NCBI RefSeq assembly: GCF_006345805.1
Contig: NC_043013.1
Coordinates: forward strand, 37,200,001 to 37,264,000
Origin: Octopus sinensis
Lineage: Eukaryota
DNA: 64,000 bases
Reading direction: 5' to 3'
The notes under the pieces were generated by a model. The model ran no database searches and was not told where the DNA came from. It saw only the letters and a program-made list of their open reading frames with translations. Each line of letters opens with the position of its first letter. Position 1 is the first letter of the stretch. Positions 54,880 through 64,000 of the stretch are shown piece after piece. The position numbers and the translations under genes are program-made.

Positions 54880-55145
54880 TTGGTGCTGTGCTCTTTACAT
54901 TGGAAAAACAGGGATACGTTTTCGGGATCGTTTCTGCGAACACATCAGAAGAATAATGCTATGTATGCTAGGCCGACCTGTCGCCACCCACTTCAACATT
55001 GTGAAACATTCTACAGCAGATTTCAGTGCGTGGCTTGACCTTGCACCACGGCCCGACCTTCTCTAGAAAACGAAACTTTCTTATCTTTTTCTTCTCATTT
55101 TCTCTACCCCATGAGGAAGGATTGAATCCGAAACGTTGGATATTC
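54880..55145 (+). mobile_element. Second, diverged Penelope GIY-YIG fragment in opposite orientation, with hammerhead-like motif
   Basis: LYIGKTGIRFRDRFCEHIRRI...RPVATHFN. ATGAGGA-A-GGAT-TGA-ATCC-GAAACGTTGG lies at 55111-55139. Confidence 0.8.
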
Positions 55146-55947
55146 CACTCCTCACGTTTCATATTTTACTATATGTTTACTGGGGGCAAAGTAAACGATA
55201 ATAGATATGTAAATTATTATGGTTTCACAGTCGTTAGGTTGTAAGACGAAATGCATTGCGGGATTTTTCCAGTACGATGTATTCTGAGGTCAAACTCTGC
55301 AGCTGTCAACTTAGCCTTCATCCTGCCAGGGTCGATATCTGTAGTACGAGTAATGAGCGAAGTATTGGCGAAATCTTAGAGCTTTAATAAAGATGACTGT
55401 TGCGTCTTGGGTTCAAATTACACCGCAGCTCTCGTGATTGGAAAACGTAATCTCTGGTCAGGTTTAACACCATCATCTGACAGTTTGCGTGCCTCTATTT
55501 GCAGTTCATTCTTTGACAGGCGTTTTCTGGATACGATGCTCTTTCCCTAGTATTTGTCTCAGAGCTCTTGTAACTAGCAATGAGTATTATAGCTGAACGA
55601 GTAAACCAGTTTCTGTATCGATTCTGCTGCTTAGCGACTAAAGCAAGTACCTTTTCTATATATTCCGTCGACCCACATGTTACAGTTGGAAGCAGATAGA
55701 AAGAATCGGTGTATGGTCCTGTTTCGGGGATTGCATCTGCAATTCAAAGGCCCCCATTTGCGTTGTGTCACATTCCTTCAACGTGAGAATTACATTAATG
55801 AGACATATGACTTCGTAACACACATCCATTTACCCGCTAATTCAATGAGCCTGGTAGCATAGTTTAGTAAAAAAAAATGAATTCTCGTTCACTGTAATTC
55901 TGACTGAAATTCGTGTGTCTCTGGCTTCCTGTATATCTTTCTCTGTG

Positions 55948-55949
<2 letters not shown>

Positions 55950-55979
<30 letters not shown>

Positions 55980-56100
55980 TGTATGTATGTATGTATGTAT
56001 GTATGTATGTATGTGTGCATGTATGCATGTATGCATGTATGTATGTATGTATGTATGTATGTATGTATGTATGTATGTATGTATGTATGTTGTATGTATG
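55950..56100. repeat. (TATG)n microsatellite
   Basis: Direct reading. Confidence 0.95.
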
Positions 56101-56685
56101 TGTCCGTCTGTCTATCTCTCTGTCTCTCTATATGTCTGTCGTTCAGTGAGCGAGTTTGTCTACACAGATTATACGCCCGCATCGGCGCGAACTGCCTCTG
56201 TGTTTATCTACACAAATGTACACATGAAGAGAATGACATATATCTCAAATTGTCCGACACGATTGAAATAAGAGACGATTCTATTAAGAGATGAGATGAC
56301 TGTTTCATGTACGTACATGCCTGCCTGTGAAGATTGGTGTATATAATTATAAATATCTGAATGTGCATACGCAAGTATGATTCTACGTGTATACACGTAC
56401 TTCATTCCAGGTTTATATTTCTACCCTGTTTAAGTGCTAGTTCAATTAGAGTACTTAATACAAGGTCCTTCGACTAACCCTTAGCTGGATAGTGGCAGCA
56501 GGTTTTCCTCACATTTCAAATTCCCTCCTACTTACCGAAATTTTCACAGAGCCACTTGTCTCTGAATTTCTAATTTGATTCCTGGATTTCTTCAGCACTA
56601 AGTATTTGAATGATCATTGCAATAATATAGGCCACAACATTGAGAGATTTCGTATTCATGTTCAGGTTCTTCTTTGTTTTAGCAG

Positions 56686-56825
56686 GGGATCTTCCATATA
56701 GATATGTATGAAATCATAGGAGTAATTAAGGTTTTTAGTTTTAACCAAGTGGATATCGATCGCATCCAGCCTCAAAATAGTGAACCGTATGTAGTGATCT
56801 CGCTTGAGGAAGTTGTTCATACTAG
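56686..56825 (+). CDS. Candidate internal exon (140 nt, phase 0-2), cadherin-like
   Basis: Acceptor TTCTTCTTTGTTTTAGCAG (NAGNAG), donor AG/GTACTC; GIFHIDMYEIIGVIKVFSFNQVDIDRIQPQNSEPYVVISLEEVVHT, resembling F.ID..TG.I.V...LDRE...Y.L.V. Confidence 0.4.
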
Positions 56826-57529
56826 GTACTCTCAGCCATAACCAGCTAAACTTTGCTTTTTGACAAGTAGAAGCTTTAAAAACTGAAGTAGTAAATGCCA
56901 CTACACATCACAAAAGATACTATCTACGCATGTGGCTTTATTTTGTGGTGCAAAACTCTACAAATCATGGAATTAATAAATCTGAAAACCAAAATATCAG
57001 AAGGTACATACATGTGATATGAAAGGATGTTGGTAGAATACTCCCGTTAAGATCGCTGTAAAATATAGAAGTAATCCTTCCCCAACAATCTTGATATTCT
57101 GGGACAGAATATAAACGTGTTGGGTAGCAGAATAGTTGTCTAAACTAATGAGAAATCTACTGTACTAATGAGAAATGTGCAGATGTTATGCGAGTTTATA
57201 TCGTTAGATTAAATTCTGTGATTATAAAGGTGATGGGTTTCATAACTAATTAACTCAGCTGATGAAACTTCATTAATACTGGAAGACCAGAGATAATTAG
57301 GAAATTACAATGAGGAAGTTTTAAAGGGTCTGTGCAAATATGATGAAATATTGCAAAATGTTAGCTCTTTGCATACACACACGTCACACTCACACATATA
57401 AGCATACGTACAAACATAACTTACACATACACATGTACCTCCCCCACATGTGTGTGCGTGTTTGGTGTATATAATATATATATATGTCCATAAATACACA
57501 CGCTCACGCACAGACATGCGCACATATAT

Positions 57530-57596
<67 letters not shown>

Positions 57597-58962
57597 GAAA
57601 GAGACATACCTACTTATTGAGCTATCTACATCCTTGTCATCTACATTCGCTCAAAGTACTTCGTTTCTGAGATGTACAACTCCTTCTTTAATTTAGAGAA
57701 ACATTAGAAATATAACCAGAATTTGAAAAAAAACATACATACATACATTCAATATCCAAGGAAAGAATTTTCTCTAAATATTCAGGGAAAAGGCACTGCA
57801 GAGCTATTTGATTCCTAAAACATTCGAGTAGCAACAGGAATTTTTCATAGAAATAACTATATCCTCATGTCTTGTCCTAGAAGAAAAGCCGTACTGGCGA
57901 GAAGTTAAACATTCGTCCAGACAACCCTTGAAAGGCATAACGTAACTTGAGGAAGTAATGAAAAAGTGTTTCAAAATTAAACAGGTAACTTATATACGGA
58001 AGGAAAATTCTTCAGACTTAGTGGACTGTGACTTTCTGTTTCATAATAGAAATTCTGAACTTGCGAAACTCAAAAAAGACTGCAGGAGAAACATTCGGCA
58101 TACGTAAAATGGTTCGACTTGGGCGTGAGTATTTTTAATCATAGTATGGTTGATAAAATATAGAGAGAACAGAGCAACTCCTGTGTTTGTTACCCATTCC
58201 TTACACCTCATTTTGAAGTTTATTCTTTGTAATCAATCACAGGAGAGAGATAAAATGGTTAAAAATTCCCGTTCAGCAAATAAAAACTAAATTAAACACC
58301 CAAGTTTCTACACAATTTGTCTATTGCATTATATTTCTGTAAAAGACATAAAGACATTACGTGTGATATGCTGTGGCCCTAAAATACAAGGCAGCTTATT
58401 GTTGTTGGTTTAAGTAAATACAATCTCATCTGTTTTTGCAAGATTGTCTATGATAAATATAGCAAATTTTCCCTTTGTTGAGTACATAAATACATTACAA
58501 CATCAAGAATATTGGCGGTACAAACCTAACAAAATATATATCAAATGCAAATCTTAACACGCCTGGAATATATGAAAGAGAAAACAGAAATAAAATGCAT
58601 TTACAAGTAAATGTGTTCCATGCGAAAGCAAATACTTTCAGCATATTAGTAAGATAATATTTATTGGAAAATAAGAAAGGCATAACTTTTCTATTTTGAT
58701 TAAAAATTTTAAGTGGTTATTCAATCACATGTAACATTTTCTTTACAACATTATGCTTATTAATCACAATGGTATCTTAAAATTTGGGTTTATTAAATTT
58801 TGGCGGTATTTCTTTGATATATTTGTACCTTGATACATGCGTAGGTAGAGCGAAACATTTTTACGGAAGTTTCCAATCGAAAGCATTGCTAGCCGCTCGT
58901 TAACTAGCGGAGTATAAATTCAGCAGAAAATGTTTATTTGATATTTCTTCCATTTTCTACAG

Positions 58963-59049
58963 ATGACACCACAGAAAATGTCTTGGTATGCGACTTCACT
59001 GCTAATAGACACACTGTTAGTTTACATTTGACAGGGGTTGAAATGACAG
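58963..59049 (+). CDS. Candidate internal exon (87 nt, phase 1-1)
   Basis: Acceptor TTTCTTCCATTTTCTACAG, donor AG/GTGGGA; only one open frame: DTTENVLVCDFTANRHTVSLHLTGVEMT. Confidence 0.35.
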
Positions 59050-59210
59050 GTGGGATATATATTAAAATTACAGGTTAGAATTCAGTGCTCGTGTGTGAGT
59101 GTATACATCAACACACACACATACATACATACTTATCTGTGTAATTTGTCCATCTATCTATATGCTTATGTATGTATACACGCATACATATCTACACACA
59201 CACACACACA

Positions 59211-59258
<48 letters not shown>

Positions 59259-59658
59259 TATATATATATATATAACGTACAAGCATACAAATATAGCAAA
59301 CGATTTTGACTGGCCACTAGCTTTCAAGTGTGCATGCAGTTTGGTGCAAAACATTTCAATAGCTTTTGTTAAATGCTTAATAGTGTAGCAGCTCCTACAT
59401 CTTCCTGATTGATACATGCTAGCGCAAAATCGCTTTCGCGTTTTGTAGGAAAAGACACCGTTACTTCTGAACAAAAATTAGTTCAACTAAATAGCAAAGT
59501 TATATATAGTATTTAATTAAATAAGAATAGTGAAGGTTCACGATATGAATATGTAAGCAGTCAATAATTCAACTATACATATTTGGTTGTTGTACGCTTG
59601 GAGGTTTGTTTAATGATATTAGTCTGAACTTCGTTTTTAGAATATCGAATATAATTAT

Positions 59659-59714
<56 letters not shown>

Positions 59715-59727
<13 letters not shown>

Positions 59728-60116
59728 AAAAAGGCAGGATGTGTGTGTGTACGTGAATGCAATTTATGCACGTTCACAAATTAGCACGCATATCGCTCCA
59801 ATTTTAGGAGGACATTCGTCATGATCCTAGTTGTATTTTCGTCAACTTATTTTCCCCAGAGGCACCAGCGAATAGCAGTAAACATAAATTTTCAACCAAA
59901 ACTTTTAACAATTTTCAAGTCGGAGAAATCACCAATGATTGTAAACAGGAGTTAAGTCCCCTTCTAGCGAGGAGTGAGTTTTTGTTAAGACTTTTGTTGG
60001 TTTTTTTTCCATTGAGAAAATATTTTTTGTTGATATAAGGGCAACACACACCATGTATGCGTACAAAAAACATGTATGCACGTACGTGTGTGTATGTGTG
60101 TGTGTTGCCTGTATAT

Positions 60117-60179
<63 letters not shown>

Positions 60180-60307
60180 CATAAACCAGTTTCAACGGTT
60201 TTCGCCCAAATTTGACGTCGATGTTACTTAGTTTGGTTTGAAATAAAGAACTTGATTAGTTTAATAATCCTAACTTATTCCCGAGCAAAGACGGGCTATA
60301 CTGCTAG
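59715..60307 (+). mobile_element. Non-autonomous Helitron-type element
   Basis: 3' hairpin CCCG-AGCAAAGA-CGGG (60280-60295), 8 nt upstream of a CTAG terminus followed by T. The 5' end TATATAAAAAAGGCAGG-(TG)n emerges from (TA)n. Confidence 0.7.
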
Positions 60308-60313
60308 TATATA

Positions 60314-60368
<55 letters not shown>

Positions 60369-60582
60369 CAGGCACATGTGAACTCAATCAAAACACCAAA
60401 TTCACGAAAACACAAATAGATACATATGTACATATGTATGTATATTAGGTATATATTTATAAATATATAAATTGCTGACTGCCAGCTTTTGACTTTTCTA
60501 TCAACCCCAGATTTACATACGATCAATTAAAATTGCATGTATATATTCGATATATTCCCAAAAAGAATATATGTGAAAGTCT

Positions 60583-60640
<58 letters not shown>

Positions 60641-60769
60641 TGTTGTGTGTGTGTACGTGCGAGTGCATTTATGTGTTTGTGCGCATGTGTGAATATATTT
60701 GTGTAATGTACGCTTCAGATATTACGTCGGATCATCAAAGATCAGCTGAATTTTGATTTATGTACGCCA

Positions 60770-61212
60770 TATAAAGCCTTATAGATGATTTTTTTCTGTA
60801 ATTTTTTGAAAATCTTCACTAATCTGTGTTCTACACGCAGTAAGTCATAGTATTATGCAAAAAAAGATTGGAACTTGATTTAAGGGTTATTTAATTGTTA
60901 TTTTTAGCACATCTCATCACTAACTATACCATCGTTGTTTGTCAGTTAGACATATTGAGGTTTGTGAATATTTTTCTCAACATGAACACATCTAATGGTG
61001 TATTTTGGAGATTTTAGCCAAAAATTCAGATTCTCCGTATTTTAAACGGTGATTTTAAAAGAATCGAAAAAAATGTTTCAATATGATTTTTAAAATGCGA
61101 AAAATTAAAATATGCTTACAAAATCGCGTTAATTCCCATGCATTAAATACATTTTTCGAAAATTCCAAAAAATAAAAAAGTTATGATGGGCTATATGGTA
61201 TGCTTAAAGCAG
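60770..61212. mobile_element. Possible decayed MITE (Kolobok-like TTAA end)
   Basis: The right end GGGCTATATGGTATGCTTAA and an AT-rich subterminal segment loosely mirror 60772-60815. Confidence 0.25.
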
Positions 61213-61859
61213 ATTTCCGCCAAAAATATCTATAGTATTTAATGAGAGATGTGCACATACGATATTAATATTCGAGCAACAATTAATTCCATGCTTTGTA
61301 AAAAGAATAGACAAGTTTGTACAGCATGTGTATTCCGGTAGTGAAACTCTGAAATACAATATATCTCTTCTTTGAGGGAGAACGAGAAGAAGAATTGACG
61401 GGGAGGGAAATGTGAAAGAGAAAAAGTGGTATAAAAAAACAAAGAAAGAGAAAAATGGAGGAAATTAAAATTTTGTCTATTGGACTGTTTGAATCGGAAT
61501 TGGTCTGATTAATATAATAAATTCAAAGGGGAAATGCTAAAGTTTGTGAGACAGCCTGTTTCATTCAGAGAGAGAGAGTGATGTTTTCTAGTTCTATAAA
61601 TGAAACTTGTCCAGATGCTTATCTTCATCGGAAATTTCAGATCTGGAATTCAATAGGCCCGTATATTTTATGATAAAAAAAAGTCAAGGAATGATATAGC
61701 AACGTATAACATGAATCGCACCTCGATACCCCATCTGATGAGTCAAGAGATGCAATTCACAAATCTTAAATCCTACTTCCATATTTCTTCTTTTTGTTGT
61801 TTTTCTCATAATTTTCACTCTTTTCATTCGCCTTTTCTCTCTCTCTATCTTTCACGCAG

Positions 61860-61934
61860 CAGCTACGTTGTACTTCAGAGTGTCACTGGTTACTTCAATG
61901 CGCTGGACGTTAAAAAAAAACATGTCCGATTATC
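61860..61934 (+). CDS. Candidate internal exon (phase 1 start; 3' end uncertain)
   Basis: Very long polypyrimidine acceptor ...CTCTCTCTATCTTTCACGCAG; ATLYFRVSLVTSMRWTLKKNMSDY(RIFSDIKLIV), resembling YF.V...TG...L.K.LDYE. Phase-compatible with 58963-59049. Confidence 0.35.
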
Positions 61935-62564
61935 GTATATTCAGTGATATAAAACTAATAGTGCCTCGTGTTTATACTCCGCATGTGTGCAGTACACACA
62001 CACACACATGCAAGCACACACACGCACATAACTTTATCTATCTTCTAATAGTTTCGCAGCGTAAGGCTCTTCGAATAATATTCTCATTTAATCTTTTTAT
62101 GTATATTCATTATCGGTTTCTTCACTCGGGTACTGAGTCCTATGTTTCTTTTGTCATGAGTGGATATTGGCATGCGTCGACGTTAGCATATATTGCTTGT
62201 GCCAACGTACAGATATGACAGGTATGAAAAAAATGCTATTTAGACGGAGTGTTTTTCAAAAAGGATATTGCTCAACTATATATATATATATATATTGCAT
62301 TCCATCTGCTTTTTGTGAAAATATTCCTGACAACTACAATGCTAAAGAATAGCCGACATTTTTTGCTGTCAATCTTTTTTGCTTTCATATTTCAACATAG
62401 GTATTAGGAGATTTGGAAATAAGATGACAAATATAGTTACCTTCTTTTTTTAAAACATCTTAAACGTGATCCATCTAAATCTTTGAAGGTGACAAAATTA
62501 CCCTATTCTCTTGGCATTTCATAAGTAGCTAATTAAAATAATCTCTCCGATTTGCTTTTGCGAT

Positions 62565-62646
<82 letters not shown>

Positions 62647-63958
62647 TGTGTGTGTGTATGTGTGTGTGTGTATACATATATACGTATATATATATGTATG
62701 TATATATCGATATGCATACACTCCTGTAGTCGCTCACGCAAGCACATATATATATATATATGTATACTTACCTACATATACAGACACACATACACACACA
62801 TATATTTGTATATGCATGTATATATACATGTGTGTGTGTATGTGAAAACAAGTGGGAAGGCATCTAGGAGTTACACATGAAGCTAGTTTAATAATTAAAA
62901 TGTACAAGAAAGACGACAGCAACAAGAAGAACATTATGAAATATATGTTTAGTGATCTTCACACCGATACGTTTCCAAAAAATCACACCTCCGACTGTCA
63001 TATTATTTCTTCTACTTTTCTCTGTGTTAACACTTCCAGAGTAGTATCGTTACATCAAAAGAAAATACCACTTGGGTTTGCATCCCCACCTCCTTACAAA
63101 GACATATATGCATACATAAAATGCACATGTATACGTATAGGTATGTATGAAACATATATATATATATATATATAATATATATATATATATGTATGTATAG
63201 AATAGGCTTTATCGCTAACTGTTAAAAAGATAATTTACGATCGTCGAAAGAAGAAAAAAAAACGTTCGTACACACAACAGTATATTAAAAGAAAGGAAAG
63301 CGCTTATCTTTATTGGAAGTAATTAAGCTAAGAACAGGAATACTACGCCACTGTCTGCAGAATTTAGGAACCAAGTATTGTATGAGTAAATCATTAATTT
63401 TAAGAACATAATGCTAAATATTTATCTCGCCAAAATCTAAATCAGGTGAGATCGGAAGTGTTTGAAAAAAATGCAGATATATTTTTGTCAAATTGTTGGA
63501 AATTCTTTCAAACAAACAAATTATAATGTCACAGGTAAATTTGGTTTTTCCACTGAATATTTCAGTGTTTATATTACTTCCTATATTTATATGCAAAGCA
63601 TCCAATTGTGTATGTACTTTTCGACCAAATTCACCATTCAACTGTGTGTGGACTGCGTTTCCTTTCTCTCGTAAGCATATGTCATGTGTGTATTCTTGAG
63701 ATTGTGTACGCACATATGTATATATGAATAAATAAATAAATATATGTTTGATCATGCGTACATATATGCAAATGAATATATTTTGATATATATGCACACA
63801 TGCAGAAACACACCAACACGCACACAATACACACATGACCCCTCCCAATAAATATGTATAGACATGTATATATATTATATATATATATATATAATATGTG
63901 TATATATATATATATGTATATATGTATATATGTATATATATGTATATATGTATATATG

Positions 63959-63996
<38 letters not shown>

Positions 63997-64000
63997 TATA

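Noticed and set aside
59860-59973. Exon candidate (EAPANSSKHKFSTK...VGEIT) with good splice sites
   Set aside because: It lies inside the Helitron-type element, so the splice-like signals are probably incidental.

Overview
This is eukaryotic, AT-rich, microsatellite-laden DNA, not prokaryotic. The SINE families look like octopod cephalopod (Octopus) repeats, recognised from memory and not database-checked. Almost all ORF-track peptides are translations of simple repeats. The window is dominated by mobile elements: several tRNA-derived SINE families, RTE and R4/Dong-clade LINE fragments, Penelope-like elements (an RT at 16.5-17.7 kb; an inverted GIY-YIG pair at 54.2-55.1 kb), Tc1/mariner relics, MITEs and a non-autonomous Helitron. 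Four observations stand out. (1) A 3.5-copy ~545-bp tandem array carries a minimal hammerhead-ribozyme motif in each full unit and is joined by an inversion to a Penelope RT. (2) A 2.1-kb ORF1-only (RRM-like + CCHC) retroelement with a target-site duplication sits inside a SINE head, which itself sits inside a Tc1/mariner element. (3) An R4/Dong-type LINE and a 550-bp non-coding retroposon co-occupy (TAA)n arrays. (4) Five short + strand candidate exons have a weak cadherin-like pattern and may belong to a host gene with very long introns. No rRNA, true tRNA gene or CRISPR array was seen. Coordinates were read by eye and are approximate to a few bases unless stated otherwise.
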